From NCBI RefSeq assembly GCF_964204645.1, contig NC_134030.1:10685947-10749946 (forward strand): a stretch of 64,000 nucleotides of DNA, read 5' to 3'. The DNA is from Tubulanus polymorphus. Lineage: Eukaryota; Animalia; Nemertea. This document shows, piece after piece, positions 13,701 to 25,382 of this stretch. Position 1 is the stretch's first letter. Every line of letters begins with the position of its first letter. A program made the translations under genes and the position numbers. The notes under the pieces were generated by a model, which saw only the letters and a program-made list of their open reading frames with translations, had not been told where the DNA came from and made no database searches.

Positions 13701-16700
13701 CTGCGTACTCTTAGCGTACAAGCCGGCATTGAAAAGACACGCTCCACAGTTGTTCGCCATTACACCTGAATGATAATATATTATATATAGCTGCAAGCCA
13801 GCGATATCAGATTTTCTGCAGCCCAGGGCATTTTTTATGCACCCACTAGACGGCCTCCGGTAGGGAGTACTGAGCCTGCTACATTTAACTTTTCATAAGC
13901 CGTAATCACACAAGCATATTGGCGCATGCCAAATTAGGCCAGGAAAACCGTACACATGGCTGCTAAATGGGCCAATTTCAGCGCGAGCAAAAACATCCGA
14001 TTTTAATGTTTCAATCTGTTCACGTCAAATTGTAAGATAGGATTGTTGTAAAGCGATTATTTGTGAAGGAAATGAGTGAATGCTAGTAGCCCTAGTGAAA
14101 GTGAATGCAAACAAGCCATAAGGCAAGTTCTCAGACTCGGGCTCAAACTCAGAAATTACCATGCATTTGTTTGAGTTGCATTTTAGATATATTGTACCCA
14201 GGGTCAATAGCTAGATTTTGATATGACAACTTTGACCCCGTTCATCAGTTATGAGGTCATCTTCGAGGCCATGTTGCTGAAAAATTTATTAGTGTTTTAG
14301 AGTTTTTAGTGCCTAGTTCTGCTGCTAGGTGGTACACTGGGCCTATTGTTTGCACTGCACAACTAGACCCCCCATACTAACATTTGACCCAAGTTTCATC
14401 AAGATCAACCCACTATCTATTAACAAAGCTGAAAGACAAACACAGACACACATACACACAATCGCATACAGACAGACATTACAAAAATAAGGGTCTCACG
14501 GAAGCCGGAGAACCAAAATGATAGCCCCATCAGGCATCACCATGAGTCGGCTAAAAAAAGTACATTAGATTGGTTGATAGTTTATGACTCACCAATAGCA
14601 TGACTTTCTGCGCAGTATTTCTTTATCAAGTCAATTATATCAACGTTGAATGCATCTAACACCTCTTCAATAGCTTCGTCACGTGATTCCTCTAAAAGAA
14701 GACAATTGAATGAATTTTATATCAGCACACCTTCTTTTCATACTCGTATTCTAGGCGTATAGGATAAACCAAATACTGTATAGCTGAAAATGATTTCAAT
14801 ATTCCACAAATATTGAAACAAATGATCATCATTGATCGTGGTTATAAATGCATGTACCCAATGACAAATTGCGAATAATGAAATATTTTACTCCCCTGGT
14901 GGGAGAAAAAACAAGCAACTTGTCAGCTGGTATCTATTCCTTACATGACCAAACTGAACATCTTGTAGCTTCAAAAATACCACCCTCAAGGATAAGTCTT
15001 AAACTAAGGGTCCACGGACTTCATGCCAACTTGGAAAGCGGTGCGACGTGCTCAACAATCTGACAATTTCGATATTCAACGCCCCCTGGTGAACAGATAC
15101 TAAACCCAATGACCTTAAAAACTAGCCACAATCATAGAACATGTCATTTACGCTACAACTTTGCAATTGAATGTGGTGACAATATTTGCCATGAGTCGGT
15201 AATCTTGATTCCGATTGAAAGAATCTGAGGGTTGCAGATGCGACCAAGGTAGATACAGGTAAGAGCGATAAATTAACGCAATCACCCGCTGGGACTTAAG
15301 TTCCAAGTAAGCTAAAACGGCTCCATATTTTTGTAGACCTTGATCCCATAGATGATACGTACATCTAAAAACAAGTTAGTACATGATATGTCTCTCTTTT
15401 AAGTCATAACTTTCATTTGAACTTGAAATTCTTCTAGTCCAAAATAATCCAAATAAGCGTGATTTGGTATATTATTGCACATTATTGCATGTTATGGAGA
15501 CAACAGGAATAAACATAGGTACCTGAGCATTTCACCCAGTTCGTAACGACCATCACCAAACTCTGCCAGATCGAAGGCAGACGACATAAACGCGATTGTT
15601 GCTTGGACGATTTACGATCAGTATTATCCGCACTGCGATGTAGATCGCGGAGCGAGGTCAACGTGAACTTCAGCAAGTCGCGTAGCGCAGCGAACGCGTC
15701 GTCCAACAACGGCGCATTCGACTTCGCGTTCTTCGCGTCCCAGCAAAATTCCAACTGCGCGTGAACGAACAAAAGCGTATCGAGAACCGAGATCGTTCGC
15801 CCTTCGCCGTCGAGATCGCGGCGTTTCAATCGACTAACAGACAGCGCTAGTATCCGAATCAATTCTCGCTGTTTGCCCGGTTCGACCAATAACGACTTTT
15901 TCGCCAGCTCTCTCTTGAACGAAACGACGGAACGCTGAAGTTCAGAACAAACGCGATAAATTTCCGACGTCGGCGTTTTCGGCAGGCTGTCCGCGCGATT
16001 CGCATTTTCACCGATTATGTCGTCGGCCTTGTTCCATCGACAACTACGAACCAGCGCTCGGTGATAGTAGAGCGAAAAATCTAAATCGGACGACGGCGCA
16101 TGCTCGACGTCATGCAGCAGAATTTCGCGAAAACCGTCGGCGAATTTTTCGTACGCGTCGATCGAAAATGTTCGCGCCTTTTTCGCTGACGTTTCGTACC
16201 GACTCAAAACGATCGTCGCTTTTTCGACGAGCGACGACGACTCGCGCTCGAACAACGCCAAATATTTCAACGACAACAACTGCACGTCCAACACGCTCGT
16301 CGTCGTTGACGGTCGACACTTTTTCTGCTCCATTTTGATCGCGTAGTTCCACAGCGTCGAGAAAACGCCGCGATTGATATCGGATAGCGATTTGTTGCGT
16401 AGATCACGTACGTCGAGGTCGATCATGATCACGTACAACCGTTCGATCATCGGCAAACATTCGTCGATCAATTCCTGGAAGAAAAACCAAAAAATTCTAC
16501 TAACATCGCTCGAACACTCACATTTTACTTATATAGGGTGGCTACTTTTATTTGACTCAATTTCCCCCCCCCCCCCCGACTATTCCCTAATATGCACATC
16601 ACTTTCCCTGCTAGGAATCAATCAACAATCGATCAGTCGCTTTGTCTTTTTCGTCACTGACACATTTGCTTTTAACTCGACCTCAATTCAATTAGTAAAA

Positions 16701-17829
16701 TTAATAGTTGGTAGGGACTCGACTGAAACACCGGACGAACTTAATGGTACGTAAGGGGACATACATTAAGTATGTACACTTGACTTCAGGGTATTTTTCA
16801 CTCCCCTCCCCCATGTACGCCCTTTGTACATTCTTTTATAACCCCCCTTGTGTACATACTTTAATGAATGACCACCCCTCCCCCCAAATTTTTCAGGATC
16901 CACTGTTTAAAGAAGGTAAAATTTACCAGCAGTTATTAGAGCTCTGCAACGATGTATCGTATCAACGAAGTGAAACGCCGAGAGTGGGGGATTCCTGGGA
17001 AATCCCAACAAATAGCCTATTGGGGATATTTGTAAAAATCAACGTGTTTCGTGCACAAAGTATGTACTATAAACATTAAACCTCCCCCTAAGAAAATTAT
17101 GCACGCTTTGAGCTCACCACTCCCCTTCCCCAGTACGTTTTTGTTCAGATTTCTAAATGTCCCCCCTCCCCCCCCCTATGGGTGTACAAACTTTATGCAC
17201 GGCCCCCCAATATAACTACGACACAAACCTTTGAGACTAGTTTGGTGAGAACGTGATAGTGAAGTTTATGAGGCATATATGGAGACGAAAATTCTGCGTG
17301 CAATTTTACACGCGCGTAACACAACGAACAAACATCGACGCTCGCCATCAACTGATCCAGATCAGCTCCCGTCGCCGTATCCAGACTCGATTGTGTCACC
17401 ACTACGTGCATGAACGTACACGAGAATTTCCCATATTGTGCGGCGGCATCGGGAGCAACGTCGTCGCCATCTTTTATCGGTTTCAGGTACTCCTAAAATA
17501 AACAATCGACAAAATTATCAAGATTACAATACACGATAATGAACGATAATACATGATTTATTAACAGAAGCGACTGCAGCAGTGAAAGCCGCAGCAATAA
17601 TTGATTGAATGGCATTTTCAAAAAATGTTTCTCATTAAAAAACAGAAAAAATGAACATTTCATTAAAATACCCTCTATTTCATGGTTAGCGGTAAAAATC
17701 CCCTATTTTACCTAGGGGATTTTTACCTACAAACCTATTTGATGCCCTCTAATTTTATACCTGTACTTTTTCGTGAAGTCCCGGAGCTGATGGACTCCTC
17801 TTCAATAGCTGCAATATTTCAGCATCCAT
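1123..17829 (-). CDS. ESPL1: Separase (separin), 18 coding exons in window; catalytic C-terminus lies beyond the left edge
   Basis: Phase-consistent GT-AG exon chain (minus): 17829-17761, 17492-17229, 16474-15523, 14691-14593, 13765-13623, 13340-13165, 12698-12603, 12496-12356, 12163-12034, 11621-11343, 10492-10229, 9572-9266, 8494-8338, 6989-4855, 3491-3272, 2684-2567, 2461-2330, 1242-1123 (about 1934 aa). Separase-like motifs: HxxxCxCxxC (EHADDCLCERC), ExxR sites (EIMR, EICR), HFPQAVLYRCICHALAL..AAFYLTESMAVTFRHQL, FPEDWIVCQL, TRWWKYRIEANTKLE. An in-frame TGA lies just upstream of ATG 17829. Confidence 0.9.
1750..1794. repeat. (TAA)n microsatellite
   Basis: Direct trinucleotide run. Confidence 0.95.
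1908..2263 (+). mobile_element. Non-autonomous repeat (Helentron/HINE-like); second copy at about 14215-14514
   Basis: TGGTTCTCGGGCT...AGCCTGAGAACCA inverted ends. Shares GTTATGAGGTCATCTTC, CCCCCATACTAACATT, CCCAAGTTTCA..AAGATC and AATAAGGGT..C..GGAAGCC.GAGAACCAA with 14215-14514. Confidence 0.55.
7772..8300. mobile_element. Tc1/mariner (pogo/Tc2-like) MITE
   Basis: TIRs CCGTATTTTCTGGCCAATAAGC / GCTTATTGGCCGGAAAATACGG, flanked by TA on both sides, with internal CCAATAAGCCGA repeats. Confidence 0.85.
8600..8955 (-). mobile_element. 5'-truncated L2 LINE 3' end
   Basis: Translation RIKYKVLIFIFR*IHNLAPKYLCDLIHIHVPCHPLRSS..TVPR..FGS*AFSINGPTLWNRLPGDLRSITSLEIFRRQLKHFLF, followed by a short 3' UTR. 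Confidence 0.85.
9955..10090 (+). mobile_element. Probable tRNA-derived SINE fragment
   Basis: B-box GGTTCAAATCC at about 9997 with a tRNA-like upstream part; no full cloverleaf. Confidence 0.4.
10534..10832. mobile_element. hAT-like MITE (GGGTGGCCAC family; related copies at about 2935-3190 and 16537-16700)
   Basis: Inverted ends GGGGTGGCCACTTT / AAAGTGGCCACCATG and internal TTCCCTGAC repeats shared among copies. Confidence 0.65.
11680..11948. mobile_element. hAT-like MITE
   Basis: TIR CAGGCCTGTGTCGAGC / GCTCGACACGGGCCTG. Confidence 0.7.
15002..15317 (-). mobile_element. Helentron-associated element (HINE), short member of the 51785-52972 family
   Basis: Reverse complement matches both ends of the DARS1 intron-7 element (TTTTAGC..ACTTGG..CT..AGTCCCAGCGGG; TCCAAGT.GGCAT...GGACCC.TAGTT). 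Confidence 0.7.
16755..17208. mobile_element. PIF/Harbinger-like MITE
   Basis: TAA then GGGGACATACATTAAGTATGTACAC ... GTGTACAAACTTTATGCACGGCCCC, degenerate TIRs with C-rich subterminal tracts. Confidence 0.6.
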
Positions 17830-18244
17830 CTCGTATCAAATCTGCAAAATAAGGTTACAATAAAAAGAATTAGATAATTAAGTTAATTCTTACAATAACA
17901 CTGCACTAGGTCTAATCATAATGTCTAGATTGTCCTTTAAAACAAGCAGCCTTAGATTTTAACACTTGATAACTGCAGCTTGGCCTTATCTTAATTGCAC
18001 TAATTGGAATAATCAATCCCTAATTGATAAACAAAAAGCCAATTGTGTTTCAATTTGAAGAGGGCCTGAAAGTATCAACTCAGGCTATGACTGAATCAGT
18101 GCATTGGAGGTATTATAGAGCGAAATTGATTAGTGGACAGCACATCCATGAATTTCCTGTAGCAATTTCAAAGAGCAGAATACATGTGGGAATCGGCTGA
18201 TCATCTCTTCCACAATCTTGGGAAAACTACTCGCGTTTAGGAGA

Positions 18245-20698
18245 ATGAATGCTTTCTTATTTGTACACGCCGCCGAACCCGATGATGATACCATAGAAGC
18301 GGCAATCAACTTTTTGCTACTGAATTTCCGAATTTCTACTTCGATACTCGCTAAGACGGCGGAATTACTCTTTAAACACAACATGGCCGGGAATCAACTC
18401 CACATTTTATGTAAGTTAACGCAATGTTTCTTTAAATTCACAAAACTTAATCGTCAAACAGGTAAAGGCATAATAACCTCAATAGTCAAGACACAAACGA
18501 CCAAACTTTGTGGTGAAGTTTGGGCCGGTCATCCTTATTACCGAGATGACATATTTTACCGAGATGAACCGAGATCAACCAAGATGAAATTAGATATGAC
18601 ATATTTATTTATTCCTTATCGATTTTTACCATTGAAATCATATTATATCAGTAATAAATGCCTGCTGGAGTCATATTTTACATATTTTGTCGGATATTTT
18701 TGTAGAAAAATAACTTAACTTTACCGAGATAAGATCGTCGATCAATCAAATTCAATGAAATTTTATTGCTAACCGAGTTTACGTATTTGAAGTCAAAATT
18801 TTTTTAAATAAAAAAAATATGTAAAATATGACTCTAGTAGGTATTCATTACTGATATAACATGATTTCAAGTGTTAAAATCGATAAGAAATAAATAAATA
18901 TGCTATATTTCATTTCATCTCGGTTCATCTCAGTAAAATACGTCATCTCGGTAATAAGGATGACCCGTCGGGCTAGTTGATAGAAAGGGTTAGCGGTAAA
19001 AATCCCCGGGTTAAAATCCCCTTGGTCAAAATCCCCTCGGTAAAAATCCCCAATTACTGATATAATATGATTTCAAGTATTAAAATCGATAAGGAATAAA
19101 TAAGGAGGATAAATATGTTATATTTCGAATGTAGGTAAAAATCCCACAAGGTAAAAATCCCCCCTAGGTTACAATCCCCCCATATCCACTTTTCTATAAA
19201 ACTAGTGTAGAAAAAATTAACTTTTTACCAAATTATTTAGGAATACTTAAGTACATTAGATAAAATCAAAGAAGTTAATAACTGTAAACTAGATAATTCC
19301 GCGACTAGATAATTCTTAAGTAATAATTATTCATTTTCAACAGTGACCACTCCTTATTAGCCACTTTAGTTTAAATGACCAATTTCAATCAACTGTACCC
19401 TTAGAATAAGTATTTTGTCTCTACAGTAAATTATCTTAGGGGTAATCACTCCAGTGCCCAAAAAATCAAAGAAGTTAATAACTGTAAATCAAATGGGTTG
19501 GCTCTGTGACTAAATAACTCTTAAGTGATAATTATTCATTTTCAACAGTGGCCACTCTTTAATTAGCAAGTAGGCTAGTTTAAATGACCGAATTCAATCA
19601 ACTGACTCGCACCCCTAGAATAAGTATTTTGTCTCTACACTTATTATTCTTTATTAAACGTTTGGTAACCGTATTTAATGGATGGAATTACTATACTAGA
19701 GTTAAATAAAGCAATAAAGTGCAATAAAATTTCGAATCTTTATTTTTTTAAACATAATAGCTGTTCAAAATCTTAGTGAAATCAATTATGGGGGGATTTT
19801 TACAAGTCATCTCCGTTCATCTTGGTAAATCGGTCATCCTTATTACCGAGATGACGTATTTTACCCGAGATCAACCGAGATGAAATGAAATATAACATAT
19901 TTATTTAGGCCTATTCCTTATCGATTTTAACAATTGAAATCATATTATATCAGTAATAAATGCCTGTAACAAATGATACCTTGTTTCTCCGCTGCGGCCG
20001 GGTCATTTTTGTAAAATATAATAAAATTCGTAATCAGTTCATTTCTATAGCTGCCGGGTCCGTTATGGTAAAATCAATCACGATTCTTAAAAAAGTAATG
20101 TACAGGGTAGATAGGCGACCGGCCGGGTCAAATTCTAAGGTCAGCAGAGCGGAGAAACAATTATATAAATTTTAGCCATATCATCGAAATTCTAAACTGA
20201 TAAATTTTCGCAAATCGACTAACTCGCTCCCGGAGGAATTTGACACCTAAGGTGGCTACGCCCAGAAGTTCTCCAAGTTGCCGTGTTCATGTCGTAAGAG
20301 AACCCAAAAACCATTTTCGTTTAAACGAACGATTTATCGAACACGAACAATCATATTCTCTCGATATATTTACAGTTTCGTATCGCGAGAAATTTCAGAA
20401 CGAAATCGACACGATCGCCACCCACCAGACGGCGAAGAATACGACTCGACGAAAAATCGTGCAGCTCTACACGAAGCGATCGGTCGTCGACACGGTCGCA
20501 TCGCGTATCGTTGACTACATGCTGCGGTTGCGGCGATCGCTACGAGAACTCGAGGCAACGCTACCGCACGAAATGCGACTCGGGCCGGAGCCGCCGAACG
20601 ACGAAGATCTGGCCGAATTCGATGACTTGGAGGAAGCGGACGTCGAAGAACACCACGCTATGGCGCTCGACAATTTGAACATCCGTAGACGAGAATAG
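18245..20698 (+). CDS. Uncharacterised two-exon protein (162 aa from ATG 18245 or 116 aa from ATG 18383), head-to-head with separase
   Basis: Exon 1 ends at 18410 with a strong T|GTAAGT donor (phase 1). Exon 2 20376-20698 starts at a tttacag| acceptor in matching phase and has the CpG-rich coding composition of the other exons. Product ...NQLHILFSYREKFQNEID...RRSLRELEATLPHEMRLGPEPPNDEDLAEFDDLEEADVEEHHAMALDNLNIRRRE. Confidence 0.65.
18527..18965. mobile_element. Palindromic MITE with long inverted arms; partial copy at 19832-19965
   Basis: GGTCATCCTTATTACCGAGATGAC... / ...GTCATCTCGGTAATAAGGATGACC, with arms matching for well over 150 bp. Confidence 0.85.
19258..19640 (+). repeat. Imperfect tandem duplication of about 200 bp, inside a GGTAAAAATCCCC-repeat MITE region (18988-19805)
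   Basis: AAAATCAAAGAAGTTAATAACTGTAAA...TAGAATAAGTATTTTGTCTCTACA occurs twice. Confidence 0.8.
19976..20177 (+). mobile_element. Dispersed repeat family (GCCGGGTC); copies at about 21000-21190 (-), 26865-27015 (-) and 54285-54495 (+)
   Basis: Shared CAGGGTAGATAGGC..CCGGCCGGGTCAA..GGAGAAACAA..TTTTAGCC. Confidence 0.7.
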
Positions 20699-22829
20699 AC
20701 CGACAACCGTTGATAAATTTTACAGAGAGCTCGTTGTTATTTGTTTTATTTTCAAGCGATGTGAAAATAAGAAAGATACTTGTTACGCTGAAATGAAAAT
20801 CGATTCGTTTGCATTGAAATCTTTTTGAAGTGCGATGACAGCTTAAAATCTTAGTCTAGTATCTAGCCGTTGTTCCCTTTGTAGGAACCGTAACAACGAC
20901 TGGTATTCAGACTATAGGTATGTCTATGCCATGTATGACCTCAAAACTGCGGAGAAAAGAATATCTTCTCGTGGAAAAAGAATAACGTTAATTTTGTAAG
21001 GAATTGATGCCTCATTTCTGCTTAATAAGTTGACACCGCCAGCAACTGGCCTAGCCTACCCTATACCAGATTTTTTAATAATTGTGACCAAGTTCACTAT
21101 AACAGACCCGGCAGCTCAAAAAATGAACTGATAGCAAATTCTAATGCAGTTTACAAAATGACCATGTCGATTCATCAGGAGAAACAAACACAAGGCTTCG
21201 AAGGTATCATAATTCTATTTCAAATGGCCTAAATTAGAACCAGCGGCTATAACATAGCTTCTTTCCTTCATTTGTGCTGATACGTTACAATGGGAAAATT
21301 TACCATTACCCAAACTCTATATACGCCCTTAATTTTCTGCCTTTGAAAAAAGCAGTTGAATCACACGGGCTTGTGGTTAAGTAATCAGGTAGGCCCTAAT
21401 TAACAGATTAATAGGTAGCTGGTCGGTCAAAAAAAAGTCGTCAGAATAAATCTGATGAGGCCTAGGCCTAGCCTATCGACCTATCGGTGTATGAAAACTG
21501 AATCCAATTCAAACCAACCATTTATCTTCCATAGAATGATCGGGTTCGTGTTATTTTCATCAAGAAGTGGCCACTGCCTTTCTTATTCCAAAAACAGATG
21601 TTTTTACTACACTTCCTTCATAAAAACCGCCGATTCGTTGTTTACAATTGACGTGTGATGGCAGCACCGCCTTTTAAATTCAATACAAATTTTTTGTAGA
21701 TTCCTCACTTGCCAGGGTTCGTTGCCTCCCGCCGCCGAGTACACTGGTTGCCGGTCCACTTTTGCGCCACGGCCTGCGTTCAGTCAGGATAGTTAACGTT
21801 TATAACGTTTAAGAAACGATAAAAAGTCCTGCCACGTTAAAATGAATAATAGCGTTCCGTTTTACCGCGATTTTTCCGTAACAAAATCGAAAAATTTCGT
21901 TTAATATGCCTCTCGTATCAACCGGGTTGAGTGCGTTTTCGTTTAATCGGGCTATCTTTTCGTTTTAACGTGGCAGGAAAAAGTTCCGTTTTATTGCGCG
22001 ATAAAACGATTTTTAGCCGGGCGTTTTTAAAATCAAAATTTGCAACGCCTTTTTTATTCTTTACATCGCCCGTTCAACCACAAATCGTAATACGTTGAAA
22101 CAAACATCAATTATTTAAAAAAAACAGCATTAATTTGAAATCCATTGTCATAAAAGAATTTTTAAGATGGCAGTGCACTGTGGGAAATTCGTCAGCGAAG
22201 ATTATCGTAACGTGAGGACCGCCAAGATCCACTGCAACATGGCGCCTAGAAACTGTGGAAACTTCATTCTTGCAAATATCACCTTACTTCACCTTACTTT
22301 GGGATTATCATATCATAACACGATCGACTTTAAAAAGTAACCTTTCCTTGATTTTTTCTTTTTTTTCTTTATGTACTGAACCCAGTTATTATTTTCGTTA
22401 TAAATGACATTTTTAAATATTAGAATCGAACAAACTGACATATCCACATGTGGATACATGTATATATCCACATGCATCGTTCATTTATAAACTACAACAC
22501 AATATGAAACGAAGAATGCGACTGTAATCGATATGAACATAGTTCAGTTGGTCACTGACAGTAAATTAGTGAAATAAATTTGAACTTGAACTTATACTTG
22601 ACAATGGCAAAATTATCGGCTAGTCTTCAGCAAATATACAGCGACTTGCTCAGTTTGCTGCGGAAACATCGGCTTACTGAAAAATACACGATGAAGTCTG
22701 TGGCAGAATTGAAGGCATTTGAGCATCATTGGTCGAATAAATATCCGTCCAGAAAACTCGCAAACTGACGCCATTTACTGGTTTAGCGGCCCCAAGAATT
22801 TTCGGAAATCTATTGTTGAGATCGAAGGG

Positions 22830-25215
22830 GAATATTCGTAGAGTAGCCGTGTTAACCAGGTTTAAAATAAGTAACATTGAGTAGTACTGTATAGGTTAAC
22901 TATTTATTTGACGCACGAGCTTTCGCTTCTAATGAGAAGCTTCATCAGGTGAATGAGTATAGTCAATGGAAAAACAACAGTATTTATAGGTAGACTGACA
23001 CTAATTACAGAGAACTGAGTGAGAAGAGTAATTACAAATAAATGATGAGTGACATGATAATTAATAAGTAAGTGAGTGAGTAGATAATTAATTAATTAAG
23101 GAACGACGAACTAAAACAAATCAAAGAGAAATAAATCAAAATGAAACTATATCAAAGTGAAATAAACAGATGGTATCGAATAACAAGTCTCAAGTCTGAG
23201 ATGAGTCCAGATACACGAATAACAAACGAAATTACGTTCTGTAGCGGGACATGAATCCTAGATCGCGATTGAGGCCAAGATTAACAATATCACCGCATTG
23301 AATAAGTTTTTGTTCCATGATTTCGCGCGAATGCTTATTAGAAGTGTTCATTTTATGTAACGCGGTAACTTAAAGGTTACTGATGGTGTGGTTCGGAAGA
23401 TTGAAATGTTCGCCGATTGGTTTATCCATTTTCTTGTGTCTGATATCAAATTTGTGACCGTTCAAGCGTTGACGTAATGTTTGTCCAGTTTCTCCGATTT
23501 AGATGGTTCCAGGGTAGATATCGCATGTGATGGCATTAACAACGTTGGCGGAGTCGCATGTGTAGGGTCCAGCGACTTTGAGTTGTTGGTTGTTGGCTGC
23601 GGTGACGGTCGGTGATGAGTTTATGAGAGGGCAGAGTTGACATCTAGATTTGTTGCAGGGGCGCGTGTATTTGTTAACTGAGTCTTCTTCGGCGGATAGT
23701 TTGCGGTACGCGATGACTGGTCTTGGTGGTAGTATGTCGCGTAGATGATCATCCTCTTCGATTATGGGTTGGAGATCTGATATGATTCGTTGGATTGTGC
23801 GTAGGTGCGGACTGTAGGTGACTGCGATGGGGATTCTTTCGGTTTCTTCAGACGTGGGCGGGTTGTATTGGAGTGTTCTTTCGCTGGGTATGTAAGTAGC
23901 GCGAGTGATTTGTTGGTCGATGGTATCAGGGTTGTACTGGAGTTGGTGGAACATATTTTTCAGTTGTTGTAGGTGTTGGTCGCGGTCTTGAATGTTGGAG
24001 CAGATTCTGTGGTAGCGAATGGCCTGACTAAAAGATGATGGATCTCGTGGTGTGTGGTGGGTGAAAGCTGGTGCCGTGAAGGTAGCTGTAGGTGGCAGTA
24101 GGTTTTCTGTAGAGCGATGTTTCGCCGTTGTTGATTTTGACTAGAGTGTCTAAAAAGGAATTTGAAGAGGTGAGTGATCGAGGCTGAGTTCGATAGCTGG
24201 ATGAAAGTTGCTGAAGTTCCTGTGGAATTCAAGTAGTTTTTCGAGCCCTTGCGTCCAAATGATGAAGACGTCGTCGATGAAGCGATTGTATAAAAGTGGT
24301 GAGTGCTGCTGTGTTTGGAGGAAGTGTAGCTTCGTTCAAGGACAGACATGAATATGTTGGCGTATTGGGGGGGGGGGGGCATTCGGGTGCCCATAGCTGT
24401 ACCCTCGGTCTGGATGTAGAGCGATCCATTGAATTTGAAGTAGTTGTGTTTAAGTATGAATTTGGTGAGATCGATGATGGTCTGTGAGTTTTCGTTGCTA
24501 GGTAAGGTTCTGGAAATCGCGGTGAGTCCATCTTCATGTGATATGCTGGTGTAGAGAGCTGTGATGCCCATAGTGACGAGTAGGGTGTCAGCTGGGAGGT
24601 CTTTGATGTTTGCGAGTTTATTGATGAAATGTGTGGTGTCTTGTACGTAGCTGGGTGTGTTCACTGCGTATGGACGTAGGAGACGATCTATGTAGCCAGA
24701 TATATTCTCGGTGATGGTCCCGATGCCGGAGATGATTGGGCGTCCGGGGTTATTATTCTTGTGTATCTTCGGAAGAATATAGAAGGTGCCCGGTGTCGGA
24801 TCAGCTGGTATTGTAGCGAGTAGATAGTTCTTCAATTCGGTGGGTAGAGGTTTGATAAGTTGTTTGAGTTCTTTGGTAAACTGGCTGGCGGGGTCTTGGT
24901 CGAGTTTTTTGCAGAAGTCGGTGTTGTGAAGTTGGCGGTGTGCTTCGTTGATGTAGTCGTTTCGATTCATGATGACAGTGGCGCCTCCTTTGTCGGCAGG
25001 TTTGATGATGATGTCTCCGTTGTTTCTGAGTGTGAGTATGGCTTTTCGTTTTGCTGTAGTGAGATTGTATTGAGTTTTAGGCCTGGTGTTGATGATTTCT
25101 GATTGGACTCTGTTTCTGAAGCTGGTGATGGACTGGTGATGGCGGGCGTGGGAATGTTCCAGAGGGCCATGCCCCGTTTGTTTCGCCGGGGAGTGGTGGG
25201 TGATACTGGCCTCTG
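22830..25215 (-). mobile_element. Penelope-like retroelement (RT + GIY-YIG endonuclease), 5'-truncated and frameshifted
   Basis: RT motifs FYILPKIHK..PGRPIIS, GTAMGTRM..P.YANIFM, RFIDDVFIIW. GIY-YIG region CNKSRCQLCP..YTCDSANVVNAITC..*IGETGQTLRQRLNGH..HFNLPNH..GLN. Several frameshifts and stops. Confidence 0.93.
22908..22966 (-). ncRNA. Minimal type-I hammerhead ribozyme of the Penelope element
   Basis: Minus strand ttgac..cac-CTGATGA-a-gcttct(catt)agaagc-GAAA-GCTC-gtg-c-gtcaa. It has the catalytic core, a 6-bp stem II, a palindromic AGCT stem III and stem I cac/gtg extended by ttgac/gtcaa. Confidence 0.8.
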
Positions 25216-25382
25216 ATGCATATTTTTATACGTATACCTACCCGTAGCAAATCCTTAGCTACGCACTGTCCTTGTCGTTATCTGGTATATCTCTTACTTT
25301 AAACAGGCGCAGAAGAAAACTGTTTGCCGAATATACGTTCACTTTCGCGATACTACGATATCGTATGACGTTATAGCGTCGT

